A stretch of 32,000 nucleotides of DNA from Methanosphaera stadtmanae DSM 3091 (GTDB lineage: Archaea > Methanobacteriota > Methanobacteria > Methanobacteriales > Methanobacteriaceae). The notes under the pieces were generated by a model. That model was given only the letters and a program-made list of their open reading frames with translations. It ran no database searches and had not been told where the DNA came from. The stretch spans positions 1,320,001 through 1,352,000 of the forward strand of contig NC_007681.1 of assembly GCF_000012545.1 (NCBI RefSeq). The letters run 5' to 3'. Numbering within the stretch: position 1 is the first letter of the stretch; every line of letters starts with the position of its first letter. Positions 9,321 to 18,969 of the stretch are shown here, one piece after another. A program made the position numbers and the translations under genes.

Positions 9321-9587
9321 ATGTCTGATGTAGCAGCAATATTAAAAGTAATGCCTGAAAGTCCTGAAATTGACTTAGAAGCATTGAAAGAAACTATTAA
9401 AAATACAATAGATGCTGATTCTTTTGAAAGAATTGAAGAAGAACCTATTGGATTTGGATTAATTGCATTAAATGTTACTATTGTAGTTGATGATGGTGAA
9501 GGTGGAACTGAACCAGCAGAAGAAGCATTAGCAGCACTTGATGAAATTCAATCTGTTGAAGTAACTGATGTTAGAAGATTAATGTAA
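9321..9587 (+). CDS. ef1b: Translation elongation factor aEF-1 beta
   Basis: 88 aa. MSDVAAILKVMPESPEIDLEAL...IGFGL.AL...V.D.EGGTE... is the typical aEF-1beta sequence. An SD (AAGGAG) lies upstream. Confidence 0.9.
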   Translation: MSDVAAILKVMPESPEIDLEALKETIKNTIDADSFERIEEEPIGFGLIALNVTIVVDDGEGGTEPAEEALAALDEIQSVEVTDVRRLM

Positions 9588-9592
9588 GTGTA

Positions 9593-9648
9593 TTTTTTAT
9601 ACTTACAATCACTTTTTTATATTCTTTTTTTATATTTTAGTCTTTTTT
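9593..9648 (+). terminator. Cluster of oligo-T tracts downstream of ef1b
   Basis: T6 (9593-9598), T6 (9613-9618), T7 (9625-9631) and T6 (9643-9648) all fall within 60 nt after the stop. Archaeal termination uses oligo-T signals. Confidence 0.5.
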
Positions 9649-9703
9649 AATATTTTAGATAAAAGATAAGTATTACTTATTTTATAAATAGTATTAATAG
9701 ATT

Positions 9704-10945
9704 ATGTTTGATATTTTAATTACTTTGATATTTGGAATAATCATTGGTACAATCACTGGAATAATGCCAGGATTACATGTAAATACTGTTGGAATTATAA
9801 TATTTTCAACATCCCCCACATTACTTTCTATTACAAATCCACTAGTTATTTCCACATTTCTTGTATCTATTGCACTAACACATGCAATGATAGAATTCAT
9901 ACCCTCATTGCTTATGGGAATTCCAAGTGAAGATACTGTTTTATCAGTACAACCAGGACATAGAATGTTATTTAAAGGAGAATCTATGGGTGCAATACGA
10001 CTTGTTAGCTTTGGAGGATATTGTTCCATTGTTTTATTGATTATTATAATGCCAATTCTTTTTATAGTATTACCTTTAATATATTATGGATTAAAAGAAT
10101 ACATTGGTATTTTATTAATTATTATAATGATTTTAATATTATATTTTAGTAATAAGAGTAATAATAAGCGTTTAATGAGCACTCTTATATTTTTAGTCTC
10201 GGGAATTATGGGGTTAGTTCTATTAAATGGTAATTTAGGTAGTAATATAGCTCTTCTTTCCATGTTATCAGGATTATTTAGTGTAAGTAATCTAATATAC
10301 TCCATCAATAATAATTCCAAAATTCCACATCAAAAAGATATAAAGAATATTGTAATTGACTCTAAATTTAAAAAATCAGTTTTTGCTGGCAGTATTTCAG
10401 GTTGTATTATGGGATTATTACCAGGCCTTGGTCCAGCCCAAGGTACTTTAATTGCACAGATTATTACATTAAATAAAGACATAAAAGTTGATAATTTTCT
10501 AGTCACAAATAGTGGAATTAATGTTTGTGACACATTATTTTCATTGATTGCTATTTATTTAATTAGTAATCCACGTAGTGCTATAAGTGTTTATGTTAAT
10601 AATTTAATTGAAGATATCACATTGATTCATATATTATTTTTTATATGTGTTAGTTTAGTATGTGTTTCAGTTACATGTGTTGTTTCAATTAAGTTAGGTG
10701 ATTTATTAATTAAAAATATAAAAAAAGTTGATTATAATAAATTAAATATTTTTATTGTTGTTTTAATAAGTATGATTGTATTTTTTTATACAATATTAAG
10801 TCAGGGATGTATATGGTATGTAATACTTTGTTACATTACAAGTATTAGCCTTGGAATTTTAGTAAATACACTTGATTTAAGTAAAAGTAATTTAATGGGT
10901 GTTTTAATTATCCCCTCTATTTTAACATATATTGGTATTATATGA
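9704..10945 (+). CDS. Polytopic membrane protein, TctA/DUF112 family (putative tricarboxylate-type transporter subunit)
   Basis: 413 aa and highly hydrophobic. It carries the repeated G-x-x-PG-L motifs GIIIGTITGIMPGLHVN and GCIMGLLPGLGPAQG typical of DUF112/TctA. Confidence 0.6.
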   Translation: MFDILITLIFGIIIGTITGIMPGLHVNTVGIIIFSTSPTLLSITNPLVISTFLVSIALTHAMIEFIPSLLMGIPSEDTVLSVQPGHRMLFKGESMGAIRLVSFGGYCSIVLLIIIMPILFIVLPLIYYGLKEYIGILLIIIMILILYFSNKSNNKRLMSTLIFLVSGIMGLVLLNGNLGSNIALLSMLSGLFSVSNLIYSINNNSKIPHQKDIKNIVIDSKFKKSVFAGSISGCIMGLLPGLGPAQGTLIAQIITLNKDIKVDNFLVTNSGINVCDTLFSLIAIYLISNPRSAISVYVNNLIEDITLIHILFFICVSLVCVSVTCVVSIKLGDLLIKNIKKVDYNKLNIFIVVLISMIVFFYTILSQGCIWYVILCYITSISLGILVNTLDLSKSNLMGVLIIPSILTYIGII

Positions 10946-11873
10946 TATAAATCTCTTTACATATTTTTTTAAGAAAGGTTTCATATCCACTAGTATCCAC
11001 ACCTGGAAAAGCATCAATTAGTCCCACATCATATCTTTGATTAGTACAACTCAAATTACAAATATCCTCTTGTGTAATTTCATATTTATCACATGGAATG
11101 TTATTTAATTTAAGATTTGTTTCGGTTGTATCTACTGCTATATCATATATATCATTGAAATGTACTTTTTTTGCATTTTTTAAAAGAGCATAGATTCCTA
11201 GTGTTCCTGCCCCACACATTGCATCAAGGACTGTTGGATTATCATATTTATTAAGAATTTCATTTACCTGTTTTAATTTTAATGATTCTTCCTTAGGATA
11301 TTCTATATGAATTTTTGATTGTGGTTTATATAAACAAATTTCTCCAACATCAGTTTTTTGAATATCACACCTAATATCACATCCAGATTGTAATTTATAG
11401 TTATGAATACCATTATTTTCATTTAATTGTCCTACAGTATTGTTTATATCTCCTTTAATCACTGATTTTATCTCTGGAACAGAATTATAAATTTTTTCAG
11501 ATGTTTTATTATCAGTATGCTGTGTTATTAAAACTAATGATTTTTCTGGTAAATATGGTGATGTTTTTAATGGAACTGCAGGAGTTATTAATGGTGTACC
11601 TACCTTTCTTATTGAACTAGTTGTTGATAAAAAACCATTTTCAATCATTATCTTCAATACATGTGCCATTACAGTATCAATGTGTCTTTTATTACAACTA
11701 GTACATTTTTTATAGTTTTTATCAACATCATCTAGATTTAACTGTCTTTTTATTGGAATTGATTTCTTTAATTTCTTTGTATAACAGTCAGAACATGGAT
11801 TATATCTTGTCTGTATATCTTCAAGAACCTCATTTCGTGATATTATACAATTTCTTTTACACCTACATTTCAT
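10938..11873 (-). CDS. Cys-rich (Zn-ribbon) N-terminal domain fused to a class I SAM-dependent methyltransferase (Trm1/RsmD-like motifs)
   Basis: Starts MKCRCKRNC...CSDC...CTSC. The C-terminal part has VLDAMCGAGTLGIYAL (SAM motif I), HFNDI (motif II acidic) and LIDAFPG (a degenerate D/N-P-P-F-like motif IV). The track ORF extends to 11978, but that 35-aa extension is hydrophobic AT-rich junk and would overlap the divergent ATPase gene, so ATG 11873 is preferred. The 3' end overlaps the convergent tctA-like gene by 8 nt. Confidence 0.6.
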   Translation of the reverse strand: MKCRCKRNCIISRNEVLEDIQTRYNPCSDCYTKKLKKSIPIKRQLNLDDVDKNYKKCTSCNKRHIDTVMAHVLKIMIENGFLSTTSSIRKVGTPLITPAVPLKTSPYLPEKSLVLITQHTDNKTSEKIYNSVPEIKSVIKGDINNTVGQLNENNGIHNYKLQSGCDIRCDIQKTDVGEICLYKPQSKIHIEYPKEESLKLKQVNEILNKYDNPTVLDAMCGAGTLGIYALLKNAKKVHFNDIYDIAVDTTETNLKLNNIPCDKYEITQEDICNLSCTNQRYDVGLIDAFPGVDTSGYETFLKKICKEIYII

Positions 11874-11967
11874 AATAATAGTATGGTATTTATTATAAAA
11901 ATAATTTAGAAAATAAATTGTAATACTATTTATTAAATAAGTAATAAATATAATAGAGCAACACATT

Positions 11968-13302
11968 ATGAAATACATGGAAATATATAAAACTAAAAAG
12001 GAACCACAATTAGATAAAACTGAAATACAAGAATATCAAAAAATAAAAGAAAAAATAATACAACAAGAAATTAACAATGAAAAATCTATAATAAATAAAG
12101 ATGTAATTCATGAATTAATAACTAAAAATACCACAAATCATAAAATTCTAAATAAATTATTACATGATATTCAAGGATATGGTAAAATAGATGACATGAT
12201 AAATGACGATGACCTCGAGGAAATAATGATAATAGGAAGTAAAAAACCAGTATATGTTTATCATAGAGAAAAAGGAATGATGTTAACCAATATAAAACTA
12301 AATAATATGGAAATACGCCAAATAATTGATAAAATAGCAAATAATATCCAAAGAAAAATCAATAAACAAAGCCCAATACTAGATGCAAGACTAGATGATG
12401 GAAGTAGAGTAAATGCAACAATACCCCCAATTACTGCAGATGGTCCAACATTAACAATAAGAAAATTTAGAAAAAATCCTTATACAATCTTTGACTTAAT
12501 AAATAAAAATACCTTAACATTAAATTTAGCAGCATTTCTCTGGATAGTAATTGAAGGATTACATATTAGACCATCCAACATCATAATAGCTGGTGGAACT
12601 GGTTGTGGAAAAACAACAACACTCAACACAATATCATCATTTATACCACAACATGAAAGAATTATAACAATAGAAGATACTCTTGAATTACAAATACCAC
12701 ACAAACATATCATTAGAACTGAAACAAAACCACCCAACATTGAAAATAAAGGTGAAATAACAATGGATTTACTACTAAAAAACTCCTTAAGACAACGTCC
12801 TGATAGAATAATTATAGGAGAAGTAAGATCAAACGAAGCAATAACATTGTTTACAGCATTAAATACTGGACATTCTGGTATGGGAACATTACATGCTAAT
12901 TCAACATATGAAACAATAACACGACTAACAAACCCACCAATGAGCGTTCCAAACATTATGATCAAATCAATAGATTTTATAATAATGCAAAAAAGAATTT
13001 ATCATCCAAAATATGGAATTATAAGGCGAATAACTGATGTAGCTGAAGTTGTTGGAATGGAGAATAATAAAATTCAATTAAATACAATATACAAATACAA
13101 TTCAGTGAATGATAGTATAAAATACACTGCAATAAATTGTAATGCATTGAATAAAATAGCATATCTTACAGGACTCACATACAAACAAGTACATGAAGAA
13201 ATACATGAAAGAGAAAAATATTTAGAAAAATATCATGATAAAAACATGAATATAGAAAAAGTACATGAAATTATAAATAATTACCATCAAAAGACATTAT
13301 GA
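11968..13302 (+). CDS. Type II/IV secretion family ATPase (TadA/CpaF / EpdL-like pilus assembly ATPase)
   Basis: 444 aa. Motifs: Walker [10 protein letters not shown], Asp box [12 protein letters not shown], Walker [10 protein letters not shown], His box [13 protein letters not shown]. An alternative start is the ATG at 11977. Confidence 0.85.
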   Translation: MKYMEIYKTKKEPQLDKTEIQEYQKIKEKIIQQEINNEKSIINKDVIHELITKNTTNHKILNKLLHDIQGYGKIDDMINDDDLEEIMIIGSKKPVYVYHREKGMMLTNIKLNNMEIRQIIDKIANNIQRKINKQSPILDARLDDGSRVNATIPPITADGPTLTIRKFRKNPYTIFDLINKNTLTLNLAAFLWIVIEGLHIRPSNIIIAGGTGCGKTTTLNTISSFIPQHERIITIEDTLELQIPHKHIIRTETKPPNIENKGEITMDLLLKNSLRQRPDRIIIGEVRSNEAITLFTALNTGHSGMGTLHANSTYETITRLTNPPMSVPNIMIKSIDFIIMQKRIYHPKYGIIRRITDVAEVVGMENNKIQLNTIYKYNSVNDSIKYTAINCNALNKIAYLTGLTYKQVHEEIHEREKYLEKYHDKNMNIEKVHEIINNYHQKTL

Positions 13303-14132
13303 GAGAATTTATAGAATATGTGGGATTTAAAACAATAAAACTTTATTTACATATAACTAAGAAAAAGAAAATTGAAAATAAAATTCAAAGAGATGTTGAT
13401 GAGAAAGTAACTACCAAGTTACTAAAAGATAAACAATATAATCTACCTATTAAAAAGATAATTTTTTTAATATGTATTGGAGTTATTCTATGTATTTTCA
13501 ATATAACATATGCCATTGAAGTATTTATGATAACACTTCTTTATATTTTATTTAAAAGAAATCTACCCAAATATAAAAAAGAAAAAAAGAGAAAAGATAT
13601 TTTAAAAGTTATACCCTATGTTTTAAGAGAATTATCAATAGAATTAAAGGCAGGTATTGGATTATTTGATGCTATTGAAGAAGTTAGTAATGGTAATTAT
13701 GGTCAGTTATCTAAGGAATTTAAAATAACATTGAATGAAATAAAATATGGTACTAATTATATTGAAGCTTTTGAAAATTTATCAAAACGTATTAATTTAC
13801 CTATTATGGAAAAAATAGTTAGTCATATGAATAGAACAATAATTAATGGTGGTAATCTTGCAGATACTTTGAATATTTTAGCTAATGAAAATTCACGTAA
13901 TATGCAAATTAAATATAAGGAATATTCTGAAAAATTAAATTCATTGATGATACTGTATATGTTTACTACTGTAGTTATACCTGTAATTTTATTTATCATG
14001 ATAATTGCAGCTACAACTGTTATAGGTCCCATAGTTAAGGCAGAAATATTGTTAGTGTTATATTTGTTTTTCTTTCCCATTATAATAGTATTCTTCATTA
14101 TAATTATAAAAAGACTTGAACCAACTTTATAG
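13299..14132 (+). CDS. Type II secretion system F-domain platform protein (second TadB/TadC / EpdJ/K-like paralogue)
   Basis: 277 aa. [26 protein letters not shown]...[12 protein letters not shown] is flanked by TM helices. An ATGA start/stop overlap with the ATPase gene suggests translational coupling. Confidence 0.75.
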   Translation: MREFIEYVGFKTIKLYLHITKKKKIENKIQRDVDEKVTTKLLKDKQYNLPIKKIIFLICIGVILCIFNITYAIEVFMITLLYILFKRNLPKYKKEKKRKDILKVIPYVLRELSIELKAGIGLFDAIEEVSNGNYGQLSKEFKITLNEIKYGTNYIEAFENLSKRINLPIMEKIVSHMNRTIINGGNLADTLNILANENSRNMQIKYKEYSEKLNSLMILYMFTTVVIPVILFIMIIAATTVIGPIVKAEILLVLYLFFFPIIIVFFIIIIKRLEPTL

Positions 14133-14149
14133 AAAAAAAGATAAATATC

Positions 14150-14180
14150 AGAGTTTACACAAGTAAACTCTTATTTTTTT
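14150..14180. terminator. Bidirectional terminator-like hairpin between convergent genes
   Basis: A perfect 9-bp stem, AGAGTTTAC (14150-14158) / GTAAACTCT (14163-14171), encloses the loop ACAA. It is followed by TATTTTTTT and preceded by an A7 run (14132-14138), so either transcript would end in oligo-U. Confidence 0.5.
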
Positions 14181-14186
14181 AATTAT

Positions 14187-15128
14187 TTAAGCAGTGTAGA
14201 ATAATTTATCATCACTGATTGTGTTATTTATTATTCCTAAATCCTTTTCAGTGTTCATAAATGTATGTATATTGTCTTTGTATGTATCATTTAAGTCAGA
14301 TACCCAACTCATATTACTAAGAATTCCTTTTTCAACAGTTTCATTAGGTACAATATTTTTAGGTAAGTATTGTACACATCCTTCTGGATCAGATTCTAAT
14401 TTTTCTGTTGCTTTTTTATGAATATCTGCAATTTTTTGAACTTGTTGTGGATGTTTATCAATGAAGCTTTGTGATACAGCAACTACACAACATGGATGAT
14501 TACTTAATATACTACTAGAATCTTCTATTAATGTTTGATTATTTACTTGTGTAGCTATTGATACATATGGTTCATATGTTAACATTGCATCAATACTTCC
14601 AGTTTTTAATGCATCATTCATACTTGCTACTTTCATACTAGGACTTGTTATGTCATTTATAGACATGCCATGTTTTTTCAAGTCATATTTTAGTAACATG
14701 TATTGTATTGAAGCTTCTCCTGGTGTTGCTATTTTTTTTCCTTTTAAATCTGTTATGGATTTAATATTAGGATCTTTTGTTACTAATCCACTTCCTTCTG
14801 TTTGTGCTCCAGCAATTACTTTTACAGGAACTCCTTTTTGTATTGAAGACAATACTGGTGTTATACCTACATACCCTACATCTACAGTACCACTTGCCAT
14901 AGCTGTCATTAAGTCTCCACCATTATTATATTCATGTAATTCTACTTTTAATCCTGCATCAGTATACATATTTGAAGCATTTGCTACAAATAGTGCTGCA
15001 TCGTGATCACTAGGCAGATAACCTATTGATACTGTGTTATCATCATTACTTGATGTGAAGTAAAATACTGCTCCAGCAATGATAATTAAAAGCACTACTG
15101 CAATGCCTATATATTTTTTATTAACCAT
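14187..15128 (-). CDS. ABC-type substrate-binding protein, NMT1/THI5-like (nitrate/sulfonate/bicarbonate family), membrane-anchored
   Basis: 313 aa. An N-terminal TM anchor IGIAVVLLIIIAGAVFYF is followed by SIGYLPSDHDAALFVA...VDVGYVGITP...KKIATPG..S.QYMLL, the typical SsuA/TauA/NMT1 fold pattern. No permease or ATPase gene is adjacent. Confidence 0.65.
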   Translation of the reverse strand: MVNKKYIGIAVVLLIIIAGAVFYFTSSNDDNTVSIGYLPSDHDAALFVANASNMYTDAGLKVELHEYNNGGDLMTAMASGTVDVGYVGITPVLSSIQKGVPVKVIAGAQTEGSGLVTKDPNIKSITDLKGKKIATPGEASIQYMLLKYDLKKHGMSINDITSPSMKVASMNDALKTGSIDAMLTYEPYVSIATQVNNQTLIEDSSSILSNHPCCVVAVSQSFIDKHPQQVQKIADIHKKATEKLESDPEGCVQYLPKNIVPNETVEKGILSNMSWVSDLNDTYKDNIHTFMNTEKDLGIINNTISDDKLFYTA

Positions 15129-15355
15129 TTTTTTCTTTTCTCCAATATATTTAAAATCATTTATTTATAATTAATATTTTTCTAATATATTCTATTAACA
15201 AAAAATAACAATTGTTAATAGATTTATTGTTAATATATAATAAATATATCCCAAAATACAAAAATCCACTAGAAAAAAACTAAAAAACATTGAATAAAAT
15301 TTTAATAAGTATTAAATTATAAAATAATTATAATCAAAAGAATGAAGGAAAGAAA

Positions 15356-16246
15356 TTGACAAAAAAAGAAGAAGATTATATAAAGGAATTCGCCCAAGAT
15401 CGAGAAATTATCAGCCCTTTTCTCATAAAACAAAAAGAAATGAAAAAAACAAAAACAAACACATCATATCTTGAAGTAACACTACAAGACAAAACAGGAC
15501 AAATAAAAGGTAGAATGTTTAAACACAGACCATTTAAAACGTATGCAAAGATAGAAAAAAATACTGTGTGGAATATTGTTGGAAAAATACAAGAATTTCC
15601 AACTGAGAGTGGAAGATTTAATATATTAATTGAAAGTATGAACCCAACAACAAACTACAATGAAGAAGATTTTATAAGAAAAGTAGAAGACTATGATAAA
15701 CATGTAGAATTTCTATTTAACACCATAGAAACAATTGAAAATATCCACCTAAAAAAATTATTAAAAGAATTTTTTAATGATGAAGAATTTAAAAATAATT
15801 TTTTAACAGCACCTGCTGCAAAAATACATCATCATAATTATAAAGGAGGACTACTTGTTCATACAAATGAAGTAATAAAAATATGTCAAACAATAACATA
15901 CATCTACAACAAAATCAACTATGATTTACTAATAACTGGAGCAATACTTCATGATATAGGAAAAATTGAAACATATGACTATGAAACTGAAAACATTGAA
16001 ATGAAATATGAAGGAATCATGTTAGATCATCTATTTATTGGAGCAAATATGATAGAAAATAGAATTAAAAAAATTGATGCACCCAAAAAACTTAAAATAC
16101 AACTAATACATATGATACTTAGTCATCATGGAGACACATCCCTTGGATGGGGTTCTGCAGTGAGTCCAAAAACTCCTGAAGCATTAGCACTACATCATGC
16201 AGATGATATGAGTGCAAAAATTACCAGTTCATTAGAAAATAAATAA
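15356..16246 (+). CDS. OB-fold plus HD-domain phosphohydrolase (YhaM-like 3'-5' exoribonuclease family)
   Basis: TTG start preceded by GAAGGAAAG. The N-terminal YLEVTLQDKTGQIKGRMF is an OB-fold anticodon-binding-like block. The HD domain includes HHHNYKGGLLVHT and GAILHDIGK...HH.D. Confidence 0.65.
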   Translation: MTKKEEDYIKEFAQDREIISPFLIKQKEMKKTKTNTSYLEVTLQDKTGQIKGRMFKHRPFKTYAKIEKNTVWNIVGKIQEFPTESGRFNILIESMNPTTNYNEEDFIRKVEDYDKHVEFLFNTIETIENIHLKKLLKEFFNDEEFKNNFLTAPAAKIHHHNYKGGLLVHTNEVIKICQTITYIYNKINYDLLITGAILHDIGKIETYDYETENIEMKYEGIMLDHLFIGANMIENRIKKIDAPKKLKIQLIHMILSHHGDTSLGWGSAVSPKTPEALALHHADDMSAKITSSLENK

Positions 16247-16363
16247 TAATTAAATTTATAATAGAATAATATAAAATATAATAATTAATTAATTATGAAT
16301 TAATAAACAAATTTCAAATATTTTATCAATTTATACTTCATAATTTTTTTTAAAGGTGTTAAC

Positions 16364-17467
16364 ATGGATAAAATTAAAATAGCAATTGTCGGAATGGGTA
16401 ACTGTGCTAGTTCTTTAATACAAGGAATTTACTATTATGCAGATAAAACAGAAACAGATGTCGATGGCCTAATGCACTGGACTATAGATGGATATAAACC
16501 ATCAGATATAGAAGTAGTAGCAGCAATTGATATTGATAAGAGAAAAGTAGGAAAAGATGTAAGTGAAGCAATATATGCTAAACCAAACTGTACAACAATC
16601 TTCTATCCAAATATGGAAAAAACTGGTGTAAAAGTAACAATGGGACGAGTACTTGATGGTGTAGCACCACATATGTCTAATTATAAAGATGATTCAACTT
16701 TTATAATCTCTGAAGAAGCAGAAAAATCCAAAGAAGAAATAGTCTCATTATTAAAAGAAAGTAAAGCTGAAATGTTAGTTAACTATTTACCAGTTGGATC
16801 TGAAGAAGCAGGAAAATTCTATGCTGACTGTGCACTTGAAGCAGGAATAGCATTTATTAATTGTGTACCCATATTCATTGTAAGTGACCCTGAATATGAA
16901 CAAAAATTCAAAGAAAAAGGATTACCATGTATTGGTGATGATATAAAAGCACAAATTGGTGCTACTATTACACATAGAACATTGGCTAACCTATTTAAGG
17001 ATAGAGGTGTAATATTAGATAAAACATATCAATTAAATACTGGTGGTAACACGGACTTTTTAAATATGTTAAATCATGATAGATTATCATCTAAAAGAGA
17101 ATCTAAAACAGAAGCTGTACAATCAGTCCTAGCACATAGATTAGATGATGATAACATACACATTGGTCCAAGTGACTATGTTCCATGGCAAAAAGACAAT
17201 AAGTTATGTTTCTTACGTATGGAAGGTAGAACATTTGGTGATGTGCCAATGAATATTGAATTAAGATTAAGTGTAGAAGATAGTCCAAACAGTGCTGGAT
17301 GTGTAATTGATGCTATACGTTGTTGTAAATTAGCTCTTAAAAGAAATATTAGTGGTGCACTTACATCTATCTCATCATATACAATGAAACACCCACCAAT
17401 TCAATATACTGATGATGTAGCTCATGATAAAGTTACTGAGTTTATTGAAGGAGAATTGGAAAGATAG
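16364..17467 (+). CDS. ino1: myo-Inositol-1-phosphate synthase
   Basis: 367 aa. IKIAIVGMGNCASSLIQGIYYY closely resembles the prokaryotic MIPS N-terminus. NTGGNTDFLNM and SKRESKT are catalytic-region motifs. Confidence 0.85.
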   Translation: MDKIKIAIVGMGNCASSLIQGIYYYADKTETDVDGLMHWTIDGYKPSDIEVVAAIDIDKRKVGKDVSEAIYAKPNCTTIFYPNMEKTGVKVTMGRVLDGVAPHMSNYKDDSTFIISEEAEKSKEEIVSLLKESKAEMLVNYLPVGSEEAGKFYADCALEAGIAFINCVPIFIVSDPEYEQKFKEKGLPCIGDDIKAQIGATITHRTLANLFKDRGVILDKTYQLNTGGNTDFLNMLNHDRLSSKRESKTEAVQSVLAHRLDDDNIHIGPSDYVPWQKDNKLCFLRMEGRTFGDVPMNIELRLSVEDSPNSAGCVIDAIRCCKLALKRNISGALTSISSYTMKHPPIQYTDDVAHDKVTEFIEGELER

Positions 17468-17482
17468 ATTCCCATTCCACTA

Positions 17483-17491
17483 TTTTTTTTT
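17483..17491 (+). terminator. T9 tract 16 nt after the MIPS stop codon
   Basis: TATTTTTTTTT lies directly downstream of the TAG at 17465-17467. Confidence 0.45.
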
Positions 17492-17609
17492 AATAACTTA
17501 TTCTAAAACAATCAATATTTAAATAATTATTTTAAAATCGAATTTTATATTATTATTTTTATGAAAAATAGAATAAATGGAGTTTATAAAAAAAGTAATG
17601 TAAAATAAT

Positions 17610-18137
17610 TTACTCATTTTTAATTACTTCTTTATGTTCATTATTTGGAACTATTTGCATTTTACCATCATCATAAACTGTTTTTAATTCACTTCCATCC
17701 ATCATATAATGAAGACAAATAGCTAAAGCTGCAACTTCAGAGTGTGGTTGATTTGTAACACTTAAATTCCAGTCTGCAGCTTCATAAACATCTGTTGGAA
17801 CTCGTGATCCTCCAACAATTATAAGTTTATCACGATTATTATCCCTAATTGTAGGAACTACATCTTCAACATGTTTTCCATACATAGTTAAATGTATAAT
17901 TTCAAATCCTTTCTGTTTATGTTCCTTAATAACTGGCCTATAAGCTTTTTGATATTCAACTTCAAAATCACCACCCCAATTTTCTACAACTTTTTGTGCA
18001 GATTCAATAATATGTTTATCATGTTCTCCACTTAAAATTACTTTATCTGCTCCAAAAGCACGAGCTGTTAAACAAACATGAGTTGTGATTCTTGTATCTC
18101 TTCCAAGTCTATGATCTAATCTTAAAACTGTTATCAT
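17610..18137 (-). CDS. trm56: tRNA (cytidine56-2'-O)-methyltransferase, SPOUT family
   Basis: 175 aa. MITVLRLDHRLGRDTRITTHVCLTARAFGADKVIL...WGGDFEVE is the aTrm56 signature. Confidence 0.85.
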   Translation of the reverse strand: MITVLRLDHRLGRDTRITTHVCLTARAFGADKVILSGEHDKHIIESAQKVVENWGGDFEVEYQKAYRPVIKEHKQKGFEIIHLTMYGKHVEDVVPTIRDNNRDKLIIVGGSRVPTDVYEAADWNLSVTNQPHSEVAALAICLHYMMDGSELKTVYDDGKMQIVPNNEHKEVIKNE

Positions 18138-18155
18138 TTATTAATCCTCTTTTTT

Positions 18156-18956
18156 CTACAATAACATTATGTTTAAATTTAATATTATAAATAATAGTGA
18201 TACTACTTTTGCTATTTCATTAGATGCACCAAAGATATCCCCAGTAACACAACCAAATGATTTATCAGCAACATTTGATAAATACAATCCAGAAATAACT
18301 GATGCAAATACTGCCATAACACCTGATGCATTTAATAAAAAGTAACCTATTATTAATGAAATTATAATAGTAAATATTAATATTTTATAATCCATTCCTT
18401 TTTTAATTTCCTTACCAATTCCATTAGAATCAGTTCTTCCAAATACCATTGATGTAATCATACTTAACTTTGCACATAACTCCATTAATATAATTGAAGC
18501 TATTAAATACTGTGCTGGAACTGATGAAAGTGCTGCTATTGTCATGATTGCAATTATGAAAAAGGTTGCAATTCCACCAGCACCCACCATTGAATCACGC
18601 ATAATACTTAATCGTTTTTCTGGTTCTCCATGTGCCATTAAGCCATCACCCATATCAAGAATACCATCAACATGATTAAATCCTGTAAACCATATTAAAA
18701 AACAATAAAGCATTGTTGCTGTTAAAAAACTTGAAAATCCAAATATATTTGAAAGTATATATGCCATTACTGCTCCAATTATCCCAATACCCAGACCAAT
18801 ATATGGCCAGAGTATTACAGAACCAGACATTTGTTCTATTGTAACGTATCTTTTAATAGGTATTCTTGTTGAAAAGGAAATTAAACCTAAAAAACCGGTG
18901 AGTGATGGTTTTACCTTAGCTTTTCCTTGAACATTTTTTTTGTTTACATTAACCAT
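18156..18956 (-). CDS. cobS: Adenosylcobinamide-GDP ribazoletransferase (cobalamin synthase)
   Basis: 266 aa polytopic membrane protein. FLGLISFSTRIPI, FTGFNHVDGILDMGDG and SMVGAGG are CobS-family motifs. Confidence 0.85.
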   Translation of the reverse strand: MVNVNKKNVQGKAKVKPSLTGFLGLISFSTRIPIKRYVTIEQMSGSVILWPYIGLGIGIIGAVMAYILSNIFGFSSFLTATMLYCFLIWFTGFNHVDGILDMGDGLMAHGEPEKRLSIMRDSMVGAGGIATFFIIAIMTIAALSSVPAQYLIASIILMELCAKLSMITSMVFGRTDSNGIGKEIKKGMDYKILIFTIIISLIIGYFLLNASGVMAVFASVISGLYLSNVADKSFGCVTGDIFGASNEIAKVVSLLFIILNLNIMLL

Positions 18957-18969
18957 AAATTATCCTCTT

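Noticed and set aside
11874-11978. The 35-aa N-terminal extension of the methyltransferase ORF ([35 protein letters not shown]).
   Set aside because: It would overlap the start of the divergent ATPase gene and remove all shared promoter space. The sequence looks like translated AT-rich promoter DNA. The ATG at 11873 begins directly with the Cys-rich domain.
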